This document shows, piece after piece, positions 44,634-54,639 of a stretch of 54,879 nucleotides of DNA (position 1 is the first letter of the stretch; the number at the start of each line of letters is the position of its first letter). The notes beneath the pieces are model-generated. The model saw nothing but the letters and a program-made list of their open reading frames with translations. It was not told the origin of the DNA and did no database searches. The stretch lies in the IMG/VR virus record IMGVR_UViG_3300036831_000090, positions 1 through 54,879 of that record; one strand, 5' to 3'. This stretch comes from a virus (Duplodnaviria; Caudoviricetes). The position numbers and the translations under genes are program-made.

Positions 44634-44795
44634 TTATCCCCTCCTCGATTTCTTGCTGGTGCGTTTGGCGTGCTGAACTTTGTGGCGCTTCCCGCCGACG
44701 ACCACGGATGTCGCGTGAGTTGGGATGTGGTGAATATGAGTGTAGGCCCGCGATTTTCGATATGCTTCCGCGTCCTTGAAATGTTCGGTTGGCAT
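44634..44795 (-). CDS. 53-aa basic His-rich peptide ending KRTSKKSRRG
   Basis: MPTEHFKD...; TAATG coupling. Confidence 0.6.
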   Translation of the reverse strand: MPTEHFKDAEAYRKSRAYTHIHHIPTHATSVVVGGKRHKVQHAKRTSKKSRRG

Positions 44796-46780
44796 TATTT
44801 CATCCCCAAAACTAGTTTTACGAAGGCCGGATTTGAGTACAGCCGACTCAAGGCCCGGAAATACGGCAACTGCAAAAACTGCCACATGGTCGTCGGTTGC
44901 CGACTGGCAAGGCGCTGCTGGTATTCGAGCAGACGTCCCTGTTTCCACGCTTCCGGATCAAATGACGGGTTCGGCTTCGGAGCGCCGATCGCAGGATACT
45001 TGGCTTCTGTCGGCAATGGCTTCGGAGTAGGCTCCGCAGGCGGCGCTTGGCGCGTTGGCTCCTCGAGCGTTGGCGCACTCTTAGCGCTGGCCGCACGCAG
45101 AGCTCGTACCTTGCCCGCAACTTCCGGCTCCCCACCGAATCCTCGGTACTTATGCAGAATGTCGATGAGGTTCTGGCCCTCGCGGCCGACGATGATCGAA
45201 AGTTTGCTGTCGGGATTCGTGGCTTCCATCAGCTTGAACGCCGGAGAATCCTTGTCCAGAAACCGTTGTGCAAATTCACTGTAATCGCCCTGCAGTTTCT
45301 TCCACGCTTCGCCCTGGCCTTTGGCGTCGGCCGCTTCCTGCAGTACGGGGTCGATGCCTTCCTCTTTCACGTACTTCAGCGCGCGGTAGACGTCGCTCGG
45401 AAGGCGCGCGCCGTGCAGCTTCCCGTTCAATTCCTGCGCGTAACCCCAAGCGTCGGAATGCGGAATCTTGAGCCCTTGCGTGATGGTGTTCTGTGGCGGG
45501 GCGGTGCCGCCCTCCTCACGAAACAGGTCGTTCACGGTCAATCCCTGCTTGGCAAGGTTCGCTTCGATGCCGCGCTTCATGGCTGGATTCGCGCGCTTGT
45601 AGATGTCGGCGAGATTCTGCGCGGCTTCGACGCGCTGGCCGGTCTTGAAAACCGATGCTTCGTCGAGTTGCGGCCCCTCTTTGATGATGTTTCGGAACAG
45701 GGCAATACTTTCCGGAGATCCCTGCAGGATGTTGTCCTCAGCGTATTTCACCGCTTCTTGTGCCGGCGTCCAATTCACCTGCGGGTCGGGTCCGAGCGCG
45801 TCGCGAAAGGCGCTGTACCGCTTGTTGAACGAATCCTTGATCGCCGCCTGAGTCTTCGAGGTGATTTCGCCCACTCGGTCCGACCACGCCTGCAATCGCT
45901 GTCGCGTCGAACCCGCGGCTTCCGTAGCCATCGCTGGCCGCTTGCCCTTCCCCTGCGAGGTCAGCGATTCGCCCGCGCGCGCCTGATCGAATTTCTGCTT
46001 GTCCCGCTGGTACTGCGCCTCGTTGCGCCGCTTGGTCGCTTCGTAGTCGGCCTGGGCCTTGGTATTGGCCTCCTCGATCTTGCGCACCGCGTCCTCGTGG
46101 GTCTGCCGCGCTTCCGAGGTCGCCTGGGTGTTCTCCTGCACGGTTTTGTGGTTCTTTTCGGCGATTTCCTGCATGGCTTGGTTGTGCGCCAGCGTGGCAT
46201 CGGCTTCTGCCGCCGAATTGATGCCCAGCGGCATACGCGCGACGGAGCGCGGAGCCTCCACGAGCGCTGCCGTCGACTTCTTGATCGGTTCCGCTTCGCC
46301 CTTCATGGCCGCCAGTTGCCCGAGACCTGCCGCCACTTGCGTAAGACCTTTCGAGAGGTTGTATTTGTCGCCGCTCTTGTACGACTGGTAGGCCAGCGTG
46401 CTTCCGTTGCGAATTTGATGCTGCGCGCCGTCGATTCCCTGGGCCAGCATGTGAACAGGCGCAAGCGGACCGGTCTTTACGAGTCCTTCAAACATCGACT
46501 CGCCCATATTGTTCGCGACATCGCCCGCGGCGCCCGTGGCAGCCGATGAGAAGCTGTCGGCCTGCTCCACCTTGTCGGCGTCGATCCCGAACGATTCCAG
46601 AATGGTGCGCGGGATGGCGCGAATCGGGTGTTGCTGCTGCGTGGCGTTTAGAATCGGCCCGCCGGGCTTCGTCTGCATGGCGCCGGGTTGCGCTGCGAGG
46701 TCCACCCAAGCCTTCCCGTCCCATCCGAATCGGTTCGTTCCCTTGTCGTCCTGCGCGAAATAGGTGTAATTATCGGCCAC
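44795..46780 (-). CDS. Putative internal virion/DNA ejection protein (661 aa)
   Basis: Helical Ala/Gln/Lys-rich; position after tail tubular genes. Confidence 0.6.
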   Translation of the reverse strand: MADNYTYFAQDDKGTNRFGWDGKAWVDLAAQPGAMQTKPGGPILNATQQQHPIRAIPRTILESFGIDADKVEQADSFSSAATGAAGDVANNMGESMFEGLVKTGPLAPVHMLAQGIDGAQHQIRNGSTLAYQSYKSGDKYNLSKGLTQVAAGLGQLAAMKGEAEPIKKSTAALVEAPRSVARMPLGINSAAEADATLAHNQAMQEIAEKNHKTVQENTQATSEARQTHEDAVRKIEEANTKAQADYEATKRRNEAQYQRDKQKFDQARAGESLTSQGKGKRPAMATEAAGSTRQRLQAWSDRVGEITSKTQAAIKDSFNKRYSAFRDALGPDPQVNWTPAQEAVKYAEDNILQGSPESIALFRNIIKEGPQLDEASVFKTGQRVEAAQNLADIYKRANPAMKRGIEANLAKQGLTVNDLFREEGGTAPPQNTITQGLKIPHSDAWGYAQELNGKLHGARLPSDVYRALKYVKEEGIDPVLQEAADAKGQGEAWKKLQGDYSEFAQRFLDKDSPAFKLMEATNPDSKLSIIVGREGQNLIDILHKYRGFGGEPEVAGKVRALRAASAKSAPTLEEPTRQAPPAEPTPKPLPTEAKYPAIGAPKPNPSFDPEAWKQGRLLEYQQRLASRQPTTMWQFLQLPYFRALSRLYSNPAFVKLVLGMK

Positions 46781-47786
46781 TTGGCACGACCTTTAGGCCC
46801 GGCATCGGTGGCGGTGGTGGTGGTGGTGCAGCATTCGTTTCCGGCGTCGGTCCGCTTGGCGATGGCGCTGTTAGCCACCCGGGAACGGTCATGCCAGCAT
46901 CCTGCAGGGCGCTGATCGCGTCGGTGCGCTTCGCGTTGTAATCGGCGAGAGCCTGCTGTGAGAGTTGCGAGGCCACTTTGGTATCGCCCCAACCCCACGG
47001 ACGCCAAACGCTCGTTTGATTCGAAACCGTCTCCTCGTTTTTCTTCTGTGTCTCGTAATTCTTGAATGCGTTCATGGCCGCGGTCACCGCATGGGTCGCA
47101 TTGGTGCGAACGTCGAGTTCTGGCAGGTCCACGTTCATTTTCTTCGCTCGCTGGGCTACCTGCGCCCCGAGGTTCCCAGTCGGCATCTTGGCTTGGCCGC
47201 CGATAATCGCCATGACGAGAGCGTCGAGCGGTCCCGCAGCCGCGGCGCCGCCTTCCCCGGGTATTGGAAACCGCGTCTTTCCCGTGTCCACTTGCACATA
47301 TTTATTCTGGCCCTTGTCGAATCCCCAAATTCGTCCCTGATTATCAACTTTCAGGTCGCTCAAGCCCTCTGGTTCCTTCGGCGGCCCTTTCAACTTGGCG
47401 ATCGCATCGAGGTACTGATTGTATTTTGCGATGTCGCCCCTCTGTAGGTAGTAGGCCGCGCCCGCTTGCAGCGTCGCAAACTTCGGTTCCGGTGGCGCAC
47501 CCGGCCGGAGTTCTTTGATGGAATAGGCGCTGGTCGAAGGATCCCACGAAACTCCCTCAATTTCTCCGCCTGCGCCTTTCTCGATGCCCGCTGGTGCCGG
47601 TGACCGCATCTGCTTCAGTCGTTCCTGAATTTCTTGTACTTCGAGCGGCCCTTTGAGGTCTGCGAGTTTCTGGCGCGCGTTGTCGATCGCCATTTGGTTC
47701 AAGCGCTGGCGCCAGTCGAGGTTGATGTCGTACCCTCGCCCGACGTCTGATCCGAAATCACCTATACCGCGTCCAAACCAGCCCAT
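46770..47786 (-). CDS. Putative internal virion/ejection protein (338 aa)
   Basis: Position; Gly-rich N-terminus, poly-Pro C-terminus. Confidence 0.55.
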   Translation of the reverse strand: MGWFGRGIGDFGSDVGRGYDINLDWRQRLNQMAIDNARQKLADLKGPLEVQEIQERLKQMRSPAPAGIEKGAGGEIEGVSWDPSTSAYSIKELRPGAPPEPKFATLQAGAAYYLQRGDIAKYNQYLDAIAKLKGPPKEPEGLSDLKVDNQGRIWGFDKGQNKYVQVDTGKTRFPIPGEGGAAAAGPLDALVMAIIGGQAKMPTGNLGAQVAQRAKKMNVDLPELDVRTNATHAVTAAMNAFKNYETQKKNEETVSNQTSVWRPWGWGDTKVASQLSQQALADYNAKRTDAISALQDAGMTVPGWLTAPSPSGPTPETNAAPPPPPPPMPGLKVVPSGR

Positions 47787-48448
47787 TATTGGTAACCCCC
47801 TACGTCCGGAGGAGCCATTTCCGGCGGCAGATTAGCCTGCGTCGGCGTCAGTCCGAGCCAGTCGAGCGGCTGATTCGGTGGCGGCATTGGCGTGGCACCG
47901 CCTGTGAGTTGCAAAAGGTTCGGCTGACTGGCTCCGGTGAAACCACCGCCTCCACCCGGCGCGGGAGGAGTTGCCCCGGGCGCGCTGAACGACTTCATCA
48001 GCATCGCGAGCAGAGGAGCAAGTTGCGCATTCTGCGGAATCGTGGCCGCAAACTCCGCCGGCAGTCCCAATTTCCGCATCACGAGTTGCAGTGCGTTCTG
48101 TTGGTTCTGCTGTGCGTAAGGCGCGAGCCCCTGTGTCGTCGCCTGAGCGATCAGTCCCGGCGCTTCGGAAAGCCCTTGTTCCGCGAGATTGGCGTTGGTC
48201 GCGCCCGTGACCGCTTGCACGAGGCTGGCGTTCAGCGGCGCAGTTGCGGCAGTGACTTCGTTGCCGAGCGCCTGTGGCGACAGATTCGCGTTGGCCTGAG
48301 CCTCTTTCGCGGCGATCGAGCGCTGGTGGTCGGCCGCGAGGTTGCCAATGAGGCCGGCACCGGTCGCGCCGAGGCCAGCGACTTCACCCAACCCTTTGAC
48401 AGCCGGTGAAGCGAATAAAGTTCCGAGACTACCAAGAAGTCCAGGCAT
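47786..48448 (-). CDS. Putative DNA ejection/pilot protein
   Basis: Gly/Ala hydrophobic N-terminus, Gln-rich. Confidence 0.55.
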   Translation of the reverse strand: MPGLLGSLGTLFASPAVKGLGEVAGLGATGAGLIGNLAADHQRSIAAKEAQANANLSPQALGNEVTAATAPLNASLVQAVTGATNANLAEQGLSEAPGLIAQATTQGLAPYAQQNQQNALQLVMRKLGLPAEFAATIPQNAQLAPLLAMLMKSFSAPGATPPAPGGGGGFTGASQPNLLQLTGGATPMPPPNQPLDWLGLTPTQANLPPEMAPPDVGGYQ

Positions 48449-48456
48449 ACGTTCTC

Positions 48457-48888
48457 CTAAGAAAAATTATTCAGGAACGAACTGAGATTCACGTCCGTCC
48501 CGTTGACTGCCGCGTTCGTCGGTTGCTGGTTCGACGGCGTGAAGGTATCGCCGGTCGCAGCCTTCCCAGCCGCATTCGCACCTGGTTGTCCCACTACTCC
48601 CGAGAGGATTTGCGCAACGAGGCTGTCGTAATCCGGGTTCGCGAGCCCTGAGGTCGCCCCGATGACGTTAGGAAGTTGTTGGGAGACGAGGGCTTTCTGC
48701 TGTAAGAGTTGCTGCGCGTCCGGCGGCGTTGGCGCGGGCGTAGATGGCGCTGCTGCATTGGGTTTTCCCCCTCCAATGTTGGCGATGGTTTCTCCGAGAC
48801 TCGCGGCTCCGCCGATGGCTCCGATGGCCGGAGCGGCCGCACCGAGCCATGCGGGCAAGAAAGCCAGTGCGCCGATTAGTGGTGGCAT
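48457..48888 (-). CDS. Putative DNA ejection/pilot protein
   Basis: MPPLIGALAFLPAWLGAAAPAIGAIGGAASLG; GAGG RBS. Confidence 0.55.
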   Translation of the reverse strand: MPPLIGALAFLPAWLGAAAPAIGAIGGAASLGETIANIGGGKPNAAAPSTPAPTPPDAQQLLQQKALVSQQLPNVIGATSGLANPDYDSLVAQILSGVVGQPGANAAGKAATGDTFTPSNQQPTNAAVNGTDVNLSSFLNNFS

Positions 48889-49283
48889 AAAATCCTCGCT
48901 GCTTTTTCGAGCGATCCGGCCAGCGGAATGTGACCTTCTTGAATCTGAAATCCGCCGCCGCGCTCGCACATCGGAATCATCGACCGCTCGACTTCCCCTT
49001 GCGGGTTGATGTACGTGAAATACGCTTTGAATCCCATCGCCAGTGAATCCTTGATCCATGCCCGAAACAGCAGCAGTGCGGTCGCCTTCGGTGCCGAATC
49101 CTCGATGCTCATGCGCACGAGGAAAATAAGCCCGTGGCACGGCGCGGCCATCAAAATCCCGACGATGCGGCCCCCGCGTTCGGCCACCCAGCAGAACGAA
49201 TTCATCACCGGCATGGACTCGAAGCCAGTCCCCAGGTGTTGCGGGAACGGTTCGCCTTCTCGAAGTGTGCGAACTTCGGTCAC
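48876..49283 (-). CDS. GNAT-like acetyltransferase (position analogous to T7 gp13)
   Basis: VRTLRE, WVAERGGRIVGILM; lies between nozzle and ejection genes. Confidence 0.6.
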   Translation of the reverse strand: MTEVRTLREGEPFPQHLGTGFESMPVMNSFCWVAERGGRIVGILMAAPCHGLIFLVRMSIEDSAPKATALLLFRAWIKDSLAMGFKAYFTYINPQGEVERSMIPMCERGGGFQIQEGHIPLAGSLEKAARILCHH

Positions 49284-49284
49284 C

Positions 49285-49509
49285 TCAAGCGCCCCAGCGC
49301 CAGATGCCTGCGTAATTTAAGAAAAAAAGCAGGAAGATCAGGAACACGATCAGGCCGAGAACCACCATGAGCGGCTGAGGAATCGGCAAACCGGTCAAAC
49401 TGAGTAGCCAGCGCCCGAGAATAATCACGATGGCCACACAGATGCAAAAAATTAGAAAATCCACCATCATCGTAATCGGACCGCCCACAAAGAACATCAT
49501 CAGATTCAT
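49285..49509 (-). CDS. Small two-TM membrane protein
   Basis: Almost entirely hydrophobic, LPIPQP loop; AGGAGG RBS. Confidence 0.7.
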   Translation of the reverse strand: MNLMMFFVGGPITMMVDFLIFCICVAIVIILGRWLLSLTGLPIPQPLMVVLGLIVFLIFLLFFLNYAGIWRWGA

Positions 49510-49518
49510 CGCATCCTC

Positions 49519-52500
49519 CTAAATTGCGGACACCGGAACGCCAAAAGGTCTTCCTTCTATTGCCCAGTCCCATCCGTCGATCTCAATGTGCAAATTGCCG
49601 CTGAGTGTCGCGTCGAAGCGCAGTGCGGTCAGTCCTACGTCCGCGAACAGGTCGAAATCTCCATTCGGAGGAATGCGGTACTGCACTGGCGATTGCGCGA
49701 CTGCCGACGCCCGCGGCGTGACCGTCAAAAGCCCTGCGACGCTGCTATTCGTGCCTCGGAAGATCACCTTGCGCGCCCACAACCGTTGACTGACGTTCGA
49801 GGAAGCGATGGTAGGCGTGCGCACCGACCAGGCCACGTTCACCGCCGCCGCTCCGCCGCCCGTGTACCACTGCACGTCGCCCGCTTGCCACCGTTGGAGC
49901 ACGCCGTCACTAAATCCCGCGAGAATCGTCAGCGGATTTGACGTTACTGGCTGCACCTGGCAGATGGTTCCAATCGGGAACGGCAAATCAACCGGCGCGG
50001 CCCAGCACTTTAGTATCAGGTCGTAGAGGAACATGCGCGTCAGTTTTCCGCCGCTGTTTCCAATCGGAACGGCGATCGCATACATCGGAGGATTCGCGGT
50101 CTGCGCGGCCCACGACAGCGGCAGATAATTCGCATCGACCACGACAATATCCTGAGTATCGAAATCGTTGACCGGAAACAGGTACGGCCTGATCTGCTCG
50201 CTAATCACTTCATCACGGAAGCCATTGAACGTCGCGTATCCGAGATGGCAATAGCGCACGAGGCCGTAGCCCGGGACGAACTGAATCGTTCGCGGCGCGA
50301 GGCATCCCATGTCCGAAGAAACCGGCTGAATGGCGAAGTTGTTGGCGCCGAAAACGCCGATCAACTGGTACGGAACGCGATACTTGAAGGCGATGAGCGA
50401 ACCTTCCGGCGGAATGCCCTGCGCGGTGATGGTAAACTTTCCAAGTCCCATGCCTTCGGCGCCGTCGTCTTTGTCGAGAAACGCCTGATTGACGGGATTC
50501 CAGCCAAAAATGTTATTCGTGTTCGACATCCGAATGGCCGTTGGACCGTCGAGGCCGTTCGACGTGTTCGTTGGTGACGTGTTCAGCGCCCACAGTGAGC
50601 CAGCATAGATTTCGATGTGACCGGCGCCTGGCGGTGGAGGTGCGGTCGAGTTCAAAAGACCAGCAACCGTCCAGATGATGTTGTTATCCTCAAACTGCTC
50701 GCCCTGCGTCGGCTGCGGACTGTTCCACCCGGGCTCGGAAGCTCCCGAAGTACCTGCTTGCGTGCAGGTCAGGTAGATCGGGTTCCCCGGTTGCGTTGCC
50801 GGCACGATGATGTCGCCGACCGCATAAGCAACCATTGTCGTCCACACAGGGTAGGCCGGTGTGAAGTTACTGATAATCGGCGTGGTCGAAACGGTGTAGG
50901 TTCCGGTCGATGCGCCGCCGCTCGCCGTAGGAATCCGGATGGTAAACGTGCTGCCCGACACGGCAATTACAGGACCAACAAAGTCGTAACTCGAATCCGT
51001 CATGTTCGACAGAATCACGTTCGATCCCAAGGGAATGAAGCGTGCGGAAGTCGGGTCGGTCTGACTGATCGTGCCTCCGAGCGTCACTGTCACCTGATCG
51101 CCCGAAACGGCCACCGACACCACGTTCCCGGTCGGCGCCGGATTCACGCCGGTTCCCGTCGAATCCCAAAACGCCTGCATCGAAAAACCGTTCCCGAGCG
51201 CGATGACCATGCGATTCGTGAACTGCTTGAACTGCGGCAACGGTCCGACGAGGCCAATGATTCCGCCAGAAGGTGTCGAACTCGTGGAATTGCTCAAAGT
51301 ACCTGGCCCAGTCGTTCCGCCGCCGCCAGAACCGCCCGCGGGAGGAACGCCGAGCGCGACTTCCGCCGCCGGGAAATAGGCCACGATATTCGAAAACGAG
51401 TAAGGAATCGGAATCGCTCCGGTATTCGGCATTTGGTACAGAACGGTTTGCTGCGTCGTGTCCATCGTCGGCGGTTGCGACGACGGAGACGTATTGCTAA
51501 TCGTGATCGACGATGGCGTGCCTGTGCTGTAAGAAATAATAATCTGAACGAGGCTCACGAACGGAAGGGCCGTGCCAGGGTCACTGCTGCTGCTCCCGAC
51601 ACCGATGACATTCCCGAAATTAGCGTTATTGATATCGGCCGGCGCCCAAGTCGTCCCCCAAAGGTCCGTCGGCCCGCCGTAAATCACGGTCGCACCGGTC
51701 CACGGGGCTGCGCTCGAGCGGTCTGTACCCACCACCACGCCCGCTTTGAGCATGAACACGCCCTCGTCGGCAATTTCGTCGGCGAAGTGGCTGCTTACGC
51801 TTTTCGTGATGTTGACCTGGATTCCGAGGATGGTCGCGCCGCCGGGAATCGCGAAACCGAAGCCTTTCGACGCGAGATACTGGCTCGAGGAACTGAACGC
51901 CGGAAGGGCCACCTGCGCTATTCCAGCGCCAGTCACGCCGTTCGGATTCGACCAGGCTGTAGTCCCGGGGCCACCAGCCATGTTCGAGCCGTTGCCAGCC
52001 GTGGTCGGGCCGACGGTGATAGCTGACGTTCCACCGGTTCCTGATCCTGGGCCGCCTTTGACGATGACGTTCTTGGAGTTCGGAACGCTGAAAATGGTGT
52101 AGCTGCCGTTGAACGTGCCCGGGATGAAGTTCGCGGCCGTCAGCGGCAATCCCACGAGCGAACCCGCTGGCAAGGAATCGGTAGAGGCCAGTGTGAACTG
52201 GATGAACGCCTGCCCGCCGCTCGTGTATCCGGTCGCGGTGACGTCGTTGAACGTCATGGTGGTAAAAGACGAGATGCCGGTATCGAGAAACGTGGCCGTC
52301 GCGGTCAGCGGATTCGGCTGCAGGACCGGAAGGTTCGAAGCCACGAGCAGCGTTTCGCCACCCGGAGCCGTCCCGCGGTAGACGTTGTATCCGAAGGCAT
52401 TTGGAACTGTGTTCCACGTCAGGCGAATCTGATTGTCGCCGCCGCCGGTCGTTTGACTGGTTTCGTTCGAAGCGACCGTTTCGCCACCCACTCCGTCGAT

Positions 52501-52857
52501 CGCGGTGACCACGTAATAGAACGTCGTCGCATCAGGAAGCGTTCCGCCAGCGACAAGGGCCGAGGTGAGACCGGACGGCGCGCCCAAGCGAATCCCCGCC
52601 CGCTGCAAAGCAAGGTAGTACGGAGTCACGCCCGTAGGTTCGAACAGCGTTGTCGCGAGGAATTTCCCTTGATTGCCGAGCACCGCCCCGCCAAACCAGT
52701 TGATGATGCCGGTGCCGTCGCAGGGTGTCAGGCCGCCGCGCTCGATCATCACGAGGTTCGAGCCGCGCGGGAACGAACCTTTCGGCTGCGCGAGAGGTTG
52801 GTTGGACGCGACGAGCCCCTTGAGTATCGGCCCGCTTGATTGTGGCTGGTAGGACAT
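49519..52857 (-). CDS. Tail tubular protein B/nozzle with inserted FN3-like and carbohydrate-binding-like domains
   Basis: GL......P......N start, MGCLAPRTI propeller motif, ISEQI, LYDL..KCW; inserts YYVVTAID..GET.AS and W.....Y.VGD...CTQAGTSG..EP.W. Confidence 0.7.
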   Translation of the reverse strand: MSYQPQSSGPILKGLVASNQPLAQPKGSFPRGSNLVMIERGGLTPCDGTGIINWFGGAVLGNQGKFLATTLFEPTGVTPYYLALQRAGIRLGAPSGLTSALVAGGTLPDATTFYYVVTAIDGVGGETVASNETSQTTGGGDNQIRLTWNTVPNAFGYNVYRGTAPGGETLLVASNLPVLQPNPLTATATFLDTGISSFTTMTFNDVTATGYTSGGQAFIQFTLASTDSLPAGSLVGLPLTAANFIPGTFNGSYTIFSVPNSKNVIVKGGPGSGTGGTSAITVGPTTAGNGSNMAGGPGTTAWSNPNGVTGAGIAQVALPAFSSSSQYLASKGFGFAIPGGATILGIQVNITKSVSSHFADEIADEGVFMLKAGVVVGTDRSSAAPWTGATVIYGGPTDLWGTTWAPADINNANFGNVIGVGSSSSDPGTALPFVSLVQIIISYSTGTPSSITISNTSPSSQPPTMDTTQQTVLYQMPNTGAIPIPYSFSNIVAYFPAAEVALGVPPAGGSGGGGTTGPGTLSNSTSSTPSGGIIGLVGPLPQFKQFTNRMVIALGNGFSMQAFWDSTGTGVNPAPTGNVVSVAVSGDQVTVTLGGTISQTDPTSARFIPLGSNVILSNMTDSSYDFVGPVIAVSGSTFTIRIPTASGGASTGTYTVSTTPIISNFTPAYPVWTTMVAYAVGDIIVPATQPGNPIYLTCTQAGTSGASEPGWNSPQPTQGEQFEDNNIIWTVAGLLNSTAPPPPGAGHIEIYAGSLWALNTSPTNTSNGLDGPTAIRMSNTNNIFGWNPVNQAFLDKDDGAEGMGLGKFTITAQGIPPEGSLIAFKYRVPYQLIGVFGANNFAIQPVSSDMGCLAPRTIQFVPGYGLVRYCHLGYATFNGFRDEVISEQIRPYLFPVNDFDTQDIVVVDANYLPLSWAAQTANPPMYAIAVPIGNSGGKLTRMFLYDLILKCWAAPVDLPFPIGTICQVQPVTSNPLTILAGFSDGVLQRWQAGDVQWYTGGGAAAVNVAWSVRTPTIASSNVSQRLWARKVIFRGTNSSVAGLLTVTPRASAVAQSPVQYRIPPNGDFDLFADVGLTALRFDATLSGNLHIEIDGWDWAIEGRPFGVPVSAI

Positions 52858-54117
52858 TTAATCTACGATCAGGCCCCCCGCCTGGTCTCCGTAGTACACT
52901 GCCGGGCCCGACGGACCGCCGACTTGCCTACGGCGGATCACCCCGCGATTGGTCAGCGCCCAGGCCTTTATTTCCTTGGTCATATCAGTGTTGAACTGAC
53001 TGAGCGCTTGGAAATCGTGCTCGACAATCTTGAACCGGCCGGCGATGTACTGCACAAGTAGCTGATCCCAGCCGTTTGTGATCGGCAGCGTGGTCGTCGA
53101 CTGCCCGGGCGAATACTTCTGCGATGATTGCCGCTTTCCGAGCCACGCGATGTTGCACTCGACGACCGTTTCACCCATCAAGTGAGCAATGCCGCTCGTT
53201 CCGCCAAGCCCACGGATCAGCCCCGTAATTTGATTTCCATTGATGGTCGCGTACGCCACGATTTCGCTGCCGATAGAGCAAAATCCGAAGGGCAACACGA
53301 ACTGGCAACTGGTGAGCGTCGCGGTCGTGTCGCTGGCTCCCATCGCGACGGCGAGTGTTGTCGTTTGCGCCGTGCGAGCGGGTTGCGGGTACAATTCAAG
53401 AATTGCGCGGCCAGAGTTGTGCGAAATATGCGCCTGCGAGAGCACCTGGCTCGTGATGCTGTTCCGTCTCCAGAACGTCCCCGCGTCGCCGCCCTGCATC
53501 CAATAGCCGTCGTACCAGATGGAGTCGATGGAGTTCCAGTTTCCCGGAATCTGATAGAGCGGCTGATTGATGGTCGAGCCGATGGCCGAATAATCCTGAA
53601 ATCCGCCCGTGTTGCGAGCGATGAGTTCGAGACCCGCATTCAGCCAGCGGTAGACGGCGCCGACCGAAGCGAATCCGCCACCTGAATCCGGAAGCCATGC
53701 ACTCTCGCGCACCGGTGGCGCGCCCGCCAGCACCGGAGGCGTCGAAATCGTGAACGGCGAGACCGTGGATTCGACATACTGCGATTCGGTTCCAGATGCC
53801 CCGTTTACAGGAGTCAGATACGCGCGAATCTTGGTGGCGCCGACCATGAGCGCGGAGGTCACCTGAATCCCCTGGTTCACTCCGACCGTAATTTGCGCCG
53901 ATTCCGTCGAAGGGAGCGTTTCGCCCCACTGGTTCCACTGGGTCACATCGACGAAATAGGTTCCCGCGGGCAGTGTTGAGCCGACCGCAGCCACTTCGAC
54001 CGCCGCGGCGACTGGCGCCGGGAGTGAAGGGGGCATATCCGGTACGGTTTCCCGGGCTTGTATGATGACGTCGCCGATCAGGGATCCCGAAAACAGCGCT
54101 AGGGGTGTCGTGGCCAT
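52858..54117 (-). CDS. Tail tubular protein A/head-tail adaptor with inserted beta domains
   Basis: WLNAGL..IA, Y.IP, ELYPQP, W..LLV.Y.A pattern. Confidence 0.65.
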   Translation of the reverse strand: MATTPLALFSGSLIGDVIIQARETVPDMPPSLPAPVAAAVEVAAVGSTLPAGTYFVDVTQWNQWGETLPSTESAQITVGVNQGIQVTSALMVGATKIRAYLTPVNGASGTESQYVESTVSPFTISTPPVLAGAPPVRESAWLPDSGGGFASVGAVYRWLNAGLELIARNTGGFQDYSAIGSTINQPLYQIPGNWNSIDSIWYDGYWMQGGDAGTFWRRNSITSQVLSQAHISHNSGRAILELYPQPARTAQTTTLAVAMGASDTTATLTSCQFVLPFGFCSIGSEIVAYATINGNQITGLIRGLGGTSGIAHLMGETVVECNIAWLGKRQSSQKYSPGQSTTTLPITNGWDQLLVQYIAGRFKIVEHDFQALSQFNTDMTKEIKAWALTNRGVIRRRQVGGPSGPAVYYGDQAGGLIVD

Positions 54118-54411
54118 TTAGCGTCTCTTGCTGCCCTTCTTTCGGTTCTGTTTACGGGTCAACACACGCTCGCCCTTGTGCAATCGGTGGAGTCCCGTCT
54201 TGCGCACCGTGCCACCGCGCTTCATGGAGCGAATATTCGAGTCCATTTCCTGCCGGCGAGCCTCGTCCGCGGTGTCGGCAACCGAGCCTTTCCAGTCGGT
54301 GTCGATCTTCGCGCTATCGGCAATGAATTTCTTGGCTTCCTCATGCGGCATGTTGGCCGCCTCGTGCCCGCGCGCCTGCGACAATCGTGCTTTTTGCTCC
54401 TCAGTCGGCAT
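54118..54411 (-). CDS. Small protein with KRGGTV.KTG...LHKGE.VL motif and basic tail
   Basis: 97 aa; TAATG coupling. Confidence 0.65.
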   Translation of the reverse strand: MPTEEQKARLSQARGHEAANMPHEEAKKFIADSAKIDTDWKGSVADTADEARRQEMDSNIRSMKRGGTVRKTGLHRLHKGERVLTRKQNRKKGSKRR

Positions 54412-54629
54412 TATTGCCTCCCGCTTTTCCGTGGTGCCGGTCGTGACGTCGGACGGTTCGCGCCCGCCGCCCGCGCCACTTGCCGCGCGCGTTCCTCATT
54501 CGGAACAGTCACCCGCTGATAGACCGCCTCGCGCATATCGGGCGATTCGACATCGGTGACCCAGTTGGAGTTGAATTTCGGTTCCGGTCGGCCGCTCTTG
54601 TCTACTTTGGCGTACAAATCATTCGGCAT
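54411..54629 (-). CDS. Small hypothetical protein with basic tail
   Basis: 72 aa, AGGGGG RBS. Confidence 0.6.
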   Translation of the reverse strand: MPNDLYAKVDKSGRPEPKFNSNWVTDVESPDMREAVYQRVTVPNEERARQVARAAGANRPTSRPAPRKSGRQ

Positions 54630-54639
54630 TTTGCCCCCT

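Noticed and set aside
45047-46549. 500-aa + strand ORF, and similar long antisense ORFs at 643-1581 and 50617-52026
   Set aside because: Shadow ORFs of GC-rich genes on the opposite strand, with no motifs
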